Of a DNA stretch of 64,000 nt, positions 24,199 through 37,772 are shown in pieces. The stretch is taken from assembly GCA_964016885.1 (NCBI GenBank), contig OZ024740.1, positions 164,796,001-164,860,000 on the forward strand, in the 5' to 3' direction. A model generated the notes under the pieces. The model searched no databases. It was not told the DNA's origin and saw only the letters and a program-made list of their open reading frames with translations. A program made the translations under genes and the position numbers. Origin of the DNA: Eledone cirrhosa. Lineage: Eukaryota. The stretch's first letter is position 1; each line of letters starts with the position of its first letter.

Positions 24199-24571
24199 AA
24201 TATTAAAAAAATAATGAATAAAACAATGAAACAGTTCCTTATATTAAACAAAAAAAGTTCATTATTTAACGATCGTTTCTAGGATATATATGTGTTAGAA
24301 TTGGCATGCATATTCAACAGATCTATGTACAAAATTATACAAAATTATACAAACTATCAAGAATATAAAATATACATACCAACACATATATATGCCGTCT
24401 TCAGAAATAATGAAATATATTTATTGATAATAACAACAATTCAAAATTACAGGTCTGTTTGGGAACAGAGTTCAAATTGACCAATGAAAATACCGTTAAA
24501 TAATGAACTTTTTTTGTTTAATATAAGGAACTGTTTCATTGTTTTATTCATTATTTTTTTTAATATTTTAT
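24195..24571. repeat. Inverted repeat (about 80-bp arms), Penelope inverted-pLTR-like remnant
   Basis: 24195-24276 is the reverse complement of about 24487-24571; the left arm carries GAAA-CGATCG-TT on the minus strand. Confidence 0.65.
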
Positions 24572-24743
24572 CTTGACTCTGTATTCCGTTTATCTTTCAC
24601 CGAAAGTGAAATTTCATTGCATCTCTTCTTTCCATGATATCCGGATTACATTGAGTTCTTCATACGGATTGGACACTACCGTAAACTCTTGGTAGATTTA
24701 TCTACATATATATACATATATATATATATATATACATATATAC

Positions 24744-24745
24744 AT

Positions 24746-24822
<77 letters not shown>
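24744..24822. repeat. (TG)n microsatellite
   Basis: Read directly from the sequence. Confidence 0.95.
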
Positions 24823-24826
<4 letters not shown>

Positions 24827-25989
24827 ATATATATGTATTCACCAACACAAAGAAAGTTCCGGAGTATGTGGAAAATCAACTTTTTCTGTATATAAGTAAC
24901 TATATGTGGTGGGTGAAAAGTAGGGCGTCAATCGTTCCTTTTGTATTGCCTATCATTATCATCTTCTATTAAAACTGTTGAAGCTGATTTGAAGCATTCC
25001 CACAACGTTTAGCCAAACATATATATACCATATAAAGATATATAAGCGTTTCATATCTCCACCATACTTTCGTAAATATAGTAGCAGATTCTTTATATTT
25101 GTTAAGAAATCATGTATAATGGTCAAGTTTGATTCTTTTATAATAGTAAACACACTGTCTCTTAATCTCTCACGACTGACGTCATACTGTCTAGCGGTTT
25201 GTTACATTATGGCGCGCTAGAGAAGCAGAAGGGACTCATAATATTAGAAACGTATGAATTTTATCATTTGTTTCACCAGAAAATTAAGTGTACATGTTCC
25301 ATCTCAAATATAATCATGAAGTCATATTTAAAGAGGTAATGGTGGCTCAAGCATAAATTACGAGTCTACACAGTATAATTTCCCCAAGCACTACATAAAA
25401 TAGTGTTCTACGTCTATGACTTGTGTAGTGACTTTAAATTAGCTACGAAATAAATTAGAATTCAGTGTTTCAGATTTACATATAATTTTATTAATAATGG
25501 ATCGATAAAAGACTGTGATATATATAAATTGGTTAAGACATCGATGATATTCTAAAGTTAAGAATAACTGATTATCAAGTGTTTGAGTGTTTATTCTCAT
25601 GTCACTATTCAGTAAAGTTCAAGAAGAAAACCAACCTACATTATCGATTTTAGGATAAATTTACGAATTCATGAACTTTGTAGTACTGATTTCTTGGCAC
25701 AAAGTCACAGATTCATAAAATAAATAAAGTTGAGATGATTATACGTTTTACAAAAACAACATCGTTGCTAGTGAACTAACTGGAACTCTTTTAATCAAGT
25801 ACAGAACATTACACTGGAATTTATAAAATGATAATCATGATATTTACTTAATTATAAAGTAATATTAGCGAATCTTATAAACACTACTTTATCTTCTCTG
25901 ATTCCGCTTTCTGTCGATATTGTTAAATATGATAAAACATTTAAAAAAAAATCTATAGAGACATAATTGTCTTCAACAAGCCTGGATAA

Positions 25990-26200
25990 ATATCGTGGAG
26001 ACCTCTGGTGTCCTTGGCCCTAGGGCCTCCTCCTTACTCACCAGCATCGGCACAGAGTTGGTTACACGTAGGTGTGAACCTCGCGAACTGGAATGGCTCT
26101 GCCAGCGAGTCTCCCTCACCATCCTCCGGGGAAAGGCTTTCTCTATTCTTTCCGCCAGAGCCACGGGTAGTGAGTGGGCCCTCATTTGCTCACAATAGTG
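25990..26200 (+). mobile_element. 3' fragment of a CRE-clade (RLE) non-LTR retrotransposon
   Basis: VETSGVLGPRASSLL..IG..L....EPRELEWLCQRVSLTILRGKAFSIL fits the CRE C-terminal pattern ET.G..G..A..FL...QR.S.AIQRGNA.SI. Confidence 0.75.
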
Positions 26201-26508
26201 AGAGATGTGGAGAGGAGGAGAGGCGGTGTCAGTGACAGTGATAGTTTGGTTCCTTTGTGTTCGGATGTGGTTTCTCATAGATTTGTATAGCGTTTGTTTA
26301 CGTTTTCTTTTTACTTGTTTGGTCTGTTATTCTTGTTCACGCACCCTTAGTAACTAACTACAACGACATGATAGAGTAACCACAATTTCTGAAAATTCAT
26401 TTATTTCCTCTGATGAACATTACGCTCTCAGTCTTCGATTGTTCCCAGAAGTCTAGAGAAGACGATCCTCGCACCCTGCACTAGATTATTCCTAGCCTTG
26501 ACGAAAGC

Positions 26509-26563
<55 letters not shown>

Positions 26564-26920
26564 GGAATGTATGTGTGAGTACTAACAGGGTTGACTGAAC
26601 ATTAATAAACAACTGTCTAAACTGACTGAAATATAAGGCAACATACCCTACAAATTCTTCTCTCGTCGATTTTTTTCCTTTTGCTTAATCATCCTGTTAA
26701 ATGTCAACACATTTCATATTTTTCATCGAGCACTTAACATTGAAGACGGTAGATTATCTGACCCGGTTGAACGACAAGCAAAATGTCATAGAGTATTTTG
26801 GTTCACATTTCAAATGCTGCTTATCTTCCTTGTCCTATCGTCTTTTGGAAGTCGATATAAGATACACTCCTCACCTTACCCCCACCCCAAGCATGAAGTC
26901 TTGTTCCTATCTAACATATA

Positions 26921-27070
26921 AATAATTGTTTCTATATTTGGCAGAAGGCAAGCTATTAGAAGGGAAACGGAAAGTTGATTAAATCGACCCCAGTGCGTTA
27001 CTGGTGCTTTGTTTTATCACCTCCATAAGGATGAAAAATAAATCTAACCTCGACGGGATTTGAACTGAGG
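26921..27070 (-). mobile_element. Nin-SINE, older long-variant copy
   Basis: Nin core plus an extra GATTAAATCGAC segment, as in 34921-35137. Confidence 0.75.
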
Positions 27071-27529
27071 TCTTACATGTTAATCATTGTAGTAACGTAA
27101 AATTTGTTGTTGTGGAATGTAGATATTTTAGGTCCTGTTTTCCATGCCGAGACAAATCAGTATTTAATCCGAGATGGATTAGGGAAATTCGTCTTACTTA
27201 ATACGATCAATTTGGTGTATGAATTCTACGGCTGGAAGCCATTACTAACACCAAACCCACTGTATACTGGCAGTCATTTATAAAGGTACAATGTTGAAGA
27301 GTGTGCCACATCTATAGGCCGACTATGGAGCTTTATTCAAATAGCTCTATTGATAGACGAGTCAACTAAGTAACGTCGACCTAATAAAATTAGCAGCCAA
27401 ATCTTCAAATAATTCCTGCCCGAGTGAGAAGAGAAGTTTCAGAAAAAGTAATTGTAATACATAGCTGAAACAAATTTGAGCTTATCTCAGTTTCATCATT
27501 GCTGACCTAGGTGTAAGCTACATGAACAA

Positions 27530-28410
27530 AACCATCAGTACTATCAGTATCACCATCAATACAACATTCACCTTCAACACTAACCAATAACAGCAACACT
27601 AATCGAACCCTCACATACACATTCAAATCTATCAGGTCCACCATTGACACTAATCAATAATTGTTTCTACTTTTGGCACAAGGCCAGCTATTACCCCAGT
27701 GTATTACTGGTACTTTATTTTATGGAGCCCGTTAGGATGAAAGGCAAAGTTAATCTCGGCGGGATTTAATACCACTTTCACCACTATCACCAATACCATC
27801 AACATTAGACATTACAATCACCACTATCACAGTAATTACATCTACCAGCACTATCATTGACACTAATTGTACCTTTAACATTATAACACAAAGTTCAATA
27901 TTACCACGAACACCAGCAGCATCATTAGTAACACCACAGCCACAGCTTCCACCACCGCCATCATCACTACAATCATCATCAACGCTAACAAATCATCTCC
28001 AGTGCGACCACCCCTATTACCAGCTCTACTTACCACGATAAGCCAAACTATAAGAACCATCACCACCACCAATACTACCTCCATCAGAACCAGAACCACA
28101 ACCACCCAACAAACCAACATCACCAACTACTCTACTCTCACCCTCACCAACATCAACAATGACACTAAAACCAACAACATCCCTATTGCCACCACTACTA
28201 TCAACACTACAACTACCATAACGAATATCAAATTTATTATAAACAATAACACCAACACTAATGCTACCATAATTCCTATAACCCCCATCTTCACTAACAC
28301 CATCACTAACTATACGATTACCACTATTAACACCACAATTACCATCAACAACAATACTACCACAAATAGCAACACTATTTTTTCCATTACCATTATTACT
28401 ACGAACAAGA
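27530..28410. repeat. Cryptic (ACC/AAC/ATC) low-complexity tract
   Basis: Degenerate trinucleotide mix; gives spurious Thr/Asn- and Val-rich ORFs. Confidence 0.8.
27656..27770 (-). mobile_element. Nin-SINE 3' half
   Basis: Matches the SINE consensus from the core to the tail. Confidence 0.82.
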
Positions 28411-28829
28411 TCTATTAGTTGAGTGGCTCACAGTAATGCACAGAACTTTCCAGGTGGAATATTTATTGACAGACATATTCGTTTAGAAAAAGATTTATAT
28501 CTGAAATTTTATTGCTCATTGAAGCGTGCTTTGTCATTTATAACGATCTTATTTATTTTTCAATGTCATTATTTATATGATAACATTTTCGCTTCTGTAA
28601 AGCAAGCGCCAGTGTGAAGGTTACATGCTATAACGAATTAAAATATAAATTGCATATACCTTAATTAAAAGAAGTATTATTATAAGAAAAAACAAAAACA
28701 AATTAAGAAGCAGAAATAAAGGGGAAGGAAAGCGATGTAGAAAAATGTGCTTCTCATCTAATGATTTATTGCTCTGATATATGCTTCAGGTAAGCACGAG
28801 TACCAGAATGGTAGAGGTGCGTATAGGAA

Positions 28830-29170
28830 GTGGTTGTTACGGTACCGTCATGTGCCAGATAAATATTCTATGTGAGGTTGAACGCATTGTCAGCAACATG
28901 ACCTGGGTTCATTGGGTGTTTCGTGTCCTTCAACATCAGATACCGTTTGCAAGGGAGACCAGCTTGGGTTGATCAAATCCCAACTTTCCTCCCAGAAGTA
29001 AATGCACATATATCAGCCCTCTTATTCCAAAGCACTTGTTGGCTGTTCCTGTGGTTTCGCACACTATAGAGCGAAATGGGTAAGAATTTGAAATGTGATC
29101 GTTCAGCAAGGCCCCTACAGTCCGCCTCTATGTGCTCACAGTGCCCCCAATACACTTTATTCTTGCACTT
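28830..29170 (-). pseudogene. Possible highly decayed PIF/Harbinger DDE transposase remnant
   Basis: With frameshifts, the minus strand reads in order CIG(A)L..EHI, FRSIV......ANKCF and VADNAFNLT*NI, resembling Harbinger CIGAIDGKHI, HSIVL....DANY.F and VADEAFPL.ENI. Confidence 0.4.
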
Positions 29171-31759
29171 TACCAATACACTCTACCAGTTACTGTTACA
29201 GATGCCGTTGGCCTCTTTCAATACGTTCCTTCAAGGACATCGTTATTACCATCGTGATCAGTTGTTATGTCTCTTCAGAAGTTATGACCATATACATTTG
29301 TACAATGTGCTAAGGGAATTTCAGCTGCCAGCCCAGATTGACGAGAAATTCCATGTAAAGGCACTGTAAATAAGGCCCATCTTTTTTTTTATTATCAATT
29401 TTCTCTCTGACTTCTTTGGGCTGTGGTGGTATTTGCTTGTACTGAAGACAGTATCTATGTTCTCAGTAAACATCGTGAAGACCTGCTTCTATCCACATAT
29501 ATTGTTATCTCCCACCAGTTGAGACGCAGGTGACTGTGGATATGTTACAGATTATTTTCATATATTTCTTTCATTAAAATATTTGGCTGGATGAAACGTT
29601 TAGAATTAAAAATTCAATAAAATACGATATTGTTTCCAGAAAGCAATATATGGCATTAATGTTTTATTTAAGATATTTTCGCGATATTAGCTATTTTTAG
29701 CCGCAGAATATATTACGACAGTGTACACTTTGTGTCGACATATATGAATTTGATACCATAATGTAGTTAGATGCGAGTCATTAGGTCCGTCATACTTTAT
29801 TTTAATATTCATATTTTATACTTAAAATAGTTATATTAATAAATCTCTATTCACATTTGTTCTTTTTAAGGATGGACAATACATATAAAAAGAAACAAAA
29901 ATGTGACGACTACGATAAAAAAAATTACAGAACAGCTGAAGCATTAGTTCCAATAACGTATTACTAGGGATCTGAAGAAACCCAAAATCCCACATGTAAT
30001 TTAGAAACGTGTCAGTCCAGTAACAAATAGAATAAACTAGGAAATTACAAAGAGAAAACTACTCATATAAAATGAATGAAGCTCCAGGGGTTGAGGCCAT
30101 TGAGAATCTAGATAACACAGTAAGAGTAGAAACACAAACTGGAAAAGGAAATTTTAAGAAAATAAAGTGAAAGATGACCTTCGTCATATTGAAGATGTTC
30201 TACTGATAGAGAAAGACGTAAATCAGGATAGAGAGTTACCTTCAATGGAAGCCCTAACATATATGCAAGCAATATTTACATAAGTAAAGTTTATGTCATT
30301 TGACTCGAAAGCGCTTTACCAACGCAAGTTATTTGAAAACTGAAAATCGAAAAAATAAAGAAAATGTTTTTCACTTTTGATTACTCTCTTGCTTCATATC
30401 ATTGGACTTCTCAAATTTGATTTAAAAGCTTATTTGTGAGCTCGATTCACTTTTGAAATGTTTTAAAAGTTTGGCATATTGCTTATTATGTTTTTTTTTT
30501 CAGTTGTAGGTAAACAGAAACCCGAAAATGACGTCAGCATATTTACAAACGGGTCTAGATTATCTGGATAAATTTCTGAATTATGGTAGAAAATAAAAAA
30601 GAGTCTTTAGAACACGTGAACTTTAGAAGCAACAATTAATAGACAAGAATTTTTTTCTAAGCAGTTACTCAAATAATTTTGCAATAGAATGTTAATTCAT
30701 GAAAATAAGATCTGCATAAAACGAATGATAGATAAATAATTAGGTAAATATGGATGATCAAATCGAACAATACATGGTGAAAGTATTTCGTCGAGTGATT
30801 GACCAAATACCACAAATATTGGGGAAGATTTTATAACAATTATGAAATTGTAAACAGAAACAGCACCGTTCCGAAGACCTGAAATTGATGGATTGCAACC
30901 AGAAGCGCTGACAAATTTTACAATTTGGACGAGAAAAAAATTAACAAGTACCTTCACTCTCTTTTTCTAAAAGTCTATATATTTTTGAAAACGTTCGATA
31001 GCGTTGTTTTGTGGTTATTTTTTCAGAAACAAATACTTACGATCAGAATTACACACATTTCAAACACATGTTGATATAAATTCATATTCACTTTGTACTT
31101 TTAGGAAATCATTTTGTAAGTTTAAACAGCAAATATAAAACTAGTCTCCATGCTATGAAATCAGATATTCGAAGGTTTAATGCAAAATCTATAAACATAC
31201 AAGAAAAAATAATGAAACCAATGGGCTGGTGCTTTACATGCTGATAGTATCTACTGTTCACAAATCCTGCCAGAATCGTCTCAAATTCCTGGGGACAGGA
31301 GGAGCGATTTGAAGTAAGAATGCACAGAGCCTGTAGCAATAACGCAAAGCATCCCATCCAATGTTTTAACAATTCTTCCAATCCACCGTTCATAGACTGG
31401 TATATTATTCGTTTATTCCGAAAGGATAAAAACAACGTAAACAACATCAAGGCTTGAACACAGACCACATTGAGTCCGAAGAAATATGCATGTTTCCTAG
31501 TGAAACAGAGGACAGTTTTCTAGATTTCTTGTTGTCTAGCTGATTTGTGTTTTATGAATTACAAGTGGTTTGTTTTGGGATCAAAGTTGTAATTTGAAAA
31601 GTGTTTATATTATTATTATTAATAAATAATATATCAAGGATATATAGTATCATTTTTACCTTCTTGGGACAGTTGAATATTTGTTCATATTGCAAAGGTT
31701 TAGGTGAGCCACTTTTAAATGTTTCCCCAAATATATATATTAAGGGCTGTCCGTCCTGT

Positions 31760-32347
31760 CGCCATCATTACCATCACCATCACCATCGCCATCACCACCA
31801 AAACCAACATCACTGACACCACTCCGAGCATCAACAGCATCATTACTACCAGCACAACCAACAATATTAGCAGCATGGAAATCAGTAATACCATCAATGC
31901 CATTATAAAAACTATCAACAACATGTGTACTATCAACAACAATAACAACACCACAACTACCACATTACATAATTCTACTAACACCATATTCCTTATCCCT
32001 GTAATCAGTACTATCATTCTAAAACAATATTCCAAGCACTACCACCACAATTACCACCCCAACTACAACTACCATCACTACTAGTATAACTACCACCAAC
32101 GCAAACATTACTACCATCAATACTATCACCAATACCAGCAACAGCTTCGCAAACGCCACCAACTTATAGTAACATCACTACCAGCAATAACACCCCCGCC
32201 ACCAACATGCTACCACTACAGCCACAACAATGACCACTAAGAAATAGTCACAGGTGCGATATGAACATTAATCAATGTTTTCTTGACGGCTGCATTATTT
32301 CAAAGAGCGAAGTTGGGAAATAATTTGACCTCCTGGTGTTACTGCTA

Positions 32348-32427
<80 letters not shown>

Positions 32428-33290
32428 ATGGCGGTGGTGGTGGTGGTACTCATTCCTCACGTAAGCACTTAGCTTTCATACTCTCTTTCACACGAACGAA
32501 TCTCTATTTGGTAGTTCAACCTGCTTGAAATAGCTGCCACTCTCCTTTATGCCATTCCACGCCGTCTTAACAAAAATCACATTGGATGATGTGATTTATA
32601 TGCACTGTATACACTGTATCTGAAAAGTAGATCAAGGCGGGACAGTGATAACTTGAATGCCATTTTATCATAGGTCTACGTAATCAGATCTTATTTCGAG
32701 TTACAATTCTTTCACCTCCGATAATGACACAAAATGCTACATTCCAGTGACACCATAATCCCCACATCAAAGTCACAACAACTCCCACTTCAATACCACA
32801 ACAACCACAATGCCATAACAACCACAAATTCAATGTCAATACAGCACACATTTAAATTCCACAACAACCACCACCTCTATACCACTACAATTACCATAAA
32901 ATTGTAACCTCAGTTACCATATCAATGTCACTAGAATCACCACATCAATACTACCACAACCTCCACCTCAATACCGCCATAACCACTTTATCAATGTCAC
33001 TAAAATCACCCCTTCACTACACCCATGACCACCCTTCAATATCAGAGCAATCACCATTTTAATACAATCACAACCTCCACCTCAATGCCACCACAACCAC
33101 TGCACCCATGCCAGAATAACAACCCCTTGCCACCCATCAACACCACAGAATCAACTAATTTAATAGCATCACAACAACCACACCAGTCTCCCCAACCATC
33201 ACTAGTGTATCTGCCTTCACCACCATCTTTACATTTATTGCGAAACAGCATCAATTGAAATCGTACCGCAACACATTATCACTCTCTACT
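31760..33290. repeat. Cryptic A/C-rich trinucleotide tracts with a (TAG)n microsatellite at 32350-32426
   Basis: Read directly from the sequence. Confidence 0.8.
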
Positions 33291-33334
33291 TTTACATCAT
33301 TGTAACACGATAAGCGAGCCTCTAACTGATCCTT

Positions 33335-33497
33335 CGTACTGCTAGAAATAGCAGTCACATATCCCTGAAATGTATAATGTAATCTGAAATATAGTATGCA
33401 TTATACCTTGAAGAAAACGCAATGCCATTGCTGATTTGGCTTTGATCATAGGTTTATTGAATCAGAGCTCATCTGGTGTTAAGCAACAAGAACAACT
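33335..33497 (+). repeat. Old dispersed repeat (TGCTAGAAATAGCAG ... TGATCATAGGT ... ATCAGAGCT ... AAC tail)
   Basis: Diverged relatives at about 27385-27530, 32515-32705, 34008-34500 (interrupted) and 44940-45050. Confidence 0.55.
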
Positions 33498-34194
33498 AGA
33501 TTCCAGTTAACCTTAGTGGTAATAGTGATTATTGTAACTATAGTTTAAAATGACACAACAATATACATCCCAGATTAGAATGATTGTCTAACAATGCTAT
33601 TTATCAGGAACCCCGACACTATTAAAAAATAAGTCAATACAGAAAACACATTTTTATGTTAAAGTTGGTAAATATAATTGTACTACAGTGAATTGTCTCA
33701 TGCCCATATCAATAAAAACAGTTTTCCGCATTCAGTGGGTTCTATGATACATGATAATACTGTAATATATTTTCGCATGTTATCAGGAGACATTACCCGA
33801 CTATCTACGACAATATCGCCGCATTCATTTAATTTTCTGCCAACAGTTATATAATAATTCGCGACTATATTACTATTAGTAGCGTTTATTTATAAAACAA
33901 TTTCATAGCAAATATTTGTAGCAGTAGTATCAACATTAACATATACAAACTCCAAAAGTTCTGATTAGGGACTAGCAAGTATCCTCCAAGTGGAAATAGT
34001 ATTTTAAGCTGCAAGAAATAGCAACCAAATTCCTTCAAATCACATTGTACGATAAGAACACAATGTACGCTAAACATCTAAATATATGTGATATAGTTCT
34101 ATACATTGTATAATATAGTCCTAAATATTATGATGGGTCAAAAGGGAGCTACTATTTGGCTACTTGTTCTGCTAGTAACAGCAGCTTAATATAC

Positions 34195-34370
34195 GGATTG
34201 GCAGTATCAGTAGAAGGTTGAATGCCATACGTTGCAGCATAGAGTTACGACCCTTTATTAACTGAGTTCAAATTCCGCCAAGGTTAACTTTGCCTTTCAT
34301 CCTTACGATAATATAAAGTACCCGTAATGCACTGGGATAAATGGTGGCCTTGTGCCAAAAGTAGAAACAA
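34195..34370 (+). mobile_element. Nin-SINE
   Basis: A box, B box, core and 3' motif. Confidence 0.85.
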
Positions 34371-34687
34371 TTGTTATAAGGTGAAGAATATAGTGGAAAA
34401 TTTAGTTCTAGATACAAATAACTCTGCATGGTCATGGCTAGAATGTTTTGTAATACAAGTGTTCTTGATCAGAGCTGACGTCAGGCTACATAGCAACCAA
34501 CACCATCTTAATGAACAACATACTGAACCACAGTAAGTATAATCACCATTAACAGCAACATCGACACCGAAGTTAACAACACAACAATAAATAATGTGCA
34601 AATGTGGTTACGCGAACTGTTAGATATAATGGAAACATCTTGTTTTATCAAGTGGCACACATTTGATAACGTTTACTTGAATATATA

Positions 34688-34870
34688 GTGGATTGGCAGT
34701 ATCGGTAGAGGGTCGGACACCATGCTTTCCAGCATAGTTACTTTCCTTTACGATCTGAGTTCAAATCCCGCTGAGGTTAACTTTGCCTTTCATCCTTACG
34801 GGGTCGATAAAATAAGTACCAGTAATGCACTGCTTAATTGCTGGCCTTGTGCCTAAAGTAGAAACAATTA
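34688..34870 (+). mobile_element. Nin-SINE
   Basis: TGGCAGTATCGG, GAGTTCAAATCC, Nin core and CCTTGTGCCTAAAGTAGAAACAATT. Confidence 0.9.
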
Positions 34871-34920
34871 TTTAAAAAACAAAAATAAGAATACTCTTGT
34901 ACCGTCTATATGAGGCCGGA

Positions 34921-35137
34921 AATAATGATTTCTGATTTAGGCACAAGGCCAGCAATATTTTGGGGAGGGGAAAGTCGATTAAATCGACCTCAGTGCATTA
35001 CTGGTACTTTATTTTATCGACCCCGTAAGGATGAAAGGCAAAGTTAACCTCGACGGGATTTGAACTCAGAATGGAAAGGGCCGTAACTCTATGCGTCAAA
35101 GCATGGCGTCCGACCCTCTACCGATACTGCCAATCCA
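34921..35137 (-). mobile_element. Nin-SINE, long variant
   Basis: Full head and core, with about 30 extra bp before the 3' motif. Confidence 0.9.
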
Positions 35138-35400
35138 TACCAATAATACCACAATTACATTCACGCCCTTTTCATCAATAGAATGTTATAAATCGTTTTG
35201 ATATTTACTACACATAATATTTCGAAGGGAACAAATCGAAACGCTACATCACTAACCATTATTACAACCACAGACATCGAACCCCCTATCGTCACCACTG
35301 CCGCCGCCACCATCACCGCCACCACAACTACCACCACTCCCTCCACTTTCACCACCAACAACAACAACATCAACAACGAAAACAACAACATAATAATAAC

Positions 35401-35574
35401 AATGTTTCTACTTTTGTCACAAGGCCAGTAATTATCACAGTGCATCACTGGTACTATATTTCATCGACCCCATAAGGATGAAAGGCAATGTTAACCTCGG
35501 CGGGATTTGAACTCAGACCTTAAAGGGGCGTAACTCTGCTGCAAAGCATGGTGTCTGACGCTTACCAATACTGC
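35401..35574 (-). mobile_element. Nin-SINE
   Basis: Matches the consensus. Confidence 0.85.
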
Positions 35575-35580
35575 ACTATA

Positions 35581-35766
35581 ATAATTGTTTCTACTTTAGG
35601 CACAAGGCCAGCAATTACCCAGTACATTACTGGTACTTTATTTTATCGACCCCGTAAGGATGAAAGGCAAAGTTAACCTCGGCGGGATTTGAACTCAGAC
35701 TGTAAAGGACGTAACTATGCTAGAAAGCATGGCCTCCGACTCTCTACCGATACTGCCAATTCACCA
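35581..35766 (-). mobile_element. Nin-SINE
   Basis: Matches the consensus; tandem with the preceding copy. Confidence 0.9.
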
Positions 35767-36059
35767 TACTGAATAATAATGTCATTATCACCATTATTAT
35801 GTCCACAGCTTACCACCACTGTTATCACATTTAAAATTTACACTGCATCCACCATTACCATCACAGCGAAACCCAAACAGCAATCACAAAACGAAAGTAT
35901 TATAGCATTGGTTTTATTAGTAAAACAAACAAACAATACAATAGAATATCTAACCTTAGGTACACCACCAGTCAGACTATTTAGCACTCAGACCAAAACC
36001 AAATGACTACCAATAAAACCATCACCATTCCTTTTGTATTTGTTCCCTGACCATCGCTG

Positions 36060-36060
<1 letters not shown>

Positions 36061-36126
<66 letters not shown>

Positions 36127-36130
36127 GCTG

Positions 36131-36162
<32 letters not shown>

Positions 36163-36240
36163 ACTACTACTACTACTACTACTATTACTAATACTACTAC
36201 TTGTTCTACTACTACTACTACTACTACTACGACTACTACT
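36061..36240. repeat. (CTA)n/(CTG)n microsatellite
   Basis: Read directly from the sequence. Confidence 0.95.
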
Positions 36241-37009
36241 AAACCGGAATCCAACTTTCACTGATACTAAAACATTAGCAGCACTAACGTCATTCAAATA
36301 CTCACCATAATGACTATCGGAGATGGGAAATCATTTAGTTCCACACCAATCTCATGATGAAATCAAATCATCTGTACCATCATCACCATCAATATTTACA
36401 TCTTTATCACAAGCATCACTGGTCTAATGTTTATAAGAGATCATGTCTTCTACCTCAACACTATCAAGATAATACACATCATGCACTTCCTTCCCTATCC
36501 AAGTTTTGCCACAATTGCACTGAAAGGCTCGTCGTTCTACATGACTCATTTTCTTAGTAATAGAAGTTTGTGTATTTTATCACTTTCTCCGTTGTTTAGG
36601 CTTTAAAATCCCACTGGGGTCACAAGCATGACATCGAACCTCATTAAACATTACCTTTTATAACCCACTTTACATTGTGGGTGCTTGAGCGACTGAATGG
36701 AGGTTATTTTCCGCTTGTTGTGTTTTTTTTCTATTCGTTTTTTTTTTTTTTTTTTTTTTGATCTTTGCTTAAACGATGTTATTATCATGCTTTCATTCTT
36801 ATATTTTATTTCTATCTTTCTTTAAGCTTTACTTTCTTCACTTATTTTCTTATTCTTTCTCCGTTCTGTTTGCATCAATTTTTTTTTATTATTGTAAATA
36901 ATTACTATAATCATTTTTCGAAAACCATCGACTTTTGAACACTTTCATTCATTTTCCTTTCGCCTTTTTTTACTCATTCATTCACTTTCCTTTCGCTGTC
37001 TTTTATACC

Positions 37010-37011
37010 TT

Positions 37012-37044
<33 letters not shown>

Positions 37045-37125
37045 CGTTCGTTCCTTCTTTTTCTCTTTCTTTCTTTCCTTCTTTCTTCCTTCCTTTCTTT
37101 CTTTCTTTCTTTCTTTCTCTTTTTC
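37010..37125. repeat. (TTTC)n/CT-rich tract
   Basis: Read directly from the sequence. Confidence 0.9.
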
Positions 37126-37772
37126 TTTAGTTTACTTTCGATATCTTTCTATGTTTTCGTTCTCTGCTCATCTTTCTATCACTATTTTCCTTTCTCCCCC
37201 TGCTTCCTCTCTGTGATTTTCATATTTGTGTGTTTAACGTTATTGTTCATTACTTTGCCTCTTCCATTCTTGTGTCATAGAAACGGCCACATCTGCTGCA
37301 TCGGTACGAGAAAGTAATAAACTGACCATAAAACGCAAGCAAAAACAAACAAAACAAAAAGAACTGCGTTAACAAAAACATTAAACCAATATTTTGCTGA
37401 TTAAATGTTCTTACAATGCAAAACCATTCAGAGGTGCCAAATACAATATTTGCTCTTCTTTGGAGATTTAAATCTTTGGTTTGAATAAGTGACAAATAAT
37501 AATAGGTTATAATTTAGTGATCTTACTATTTGATTATTTATTTGCTTTTATATACGTTGTCTTCTTTTCTATCGTGTTTATTTTGTTTTGTGCGTTATCT
37601 TTTGTAGCGATTTTTCTTCGTTTATATTTTCTGTTTTCGCCATTTCTTCCGTTCTTCATAACTTTCAGTAAACAAAAAAAACTTGCATCGACCAGTATGT
37701 GATAATGGGAGAAGCAACAGTTAAGATATAAACAAACGCACATGAACACACACGTGATATATATATATATCA

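Noticed and set aside
28002-28418. Thr/Asn-rich mucin-like ORF, and similar ORFs at 31719, 35198 and 36034
   Set aside because: These are translations of low-complexity trinucleotide tracts with no splice or domain support.
29870-31480. Purine-rich exon-like stretches after AG acceptors (possible decayed gene)
   Set aside because: Every frame examined has multiple stops and I recognise no motif; a translated database search would be needed.
34688-34775. tRNA gene
   Set aside because: The A and B boxes belong to SINE heads; no intact cloverleaf can be formed.
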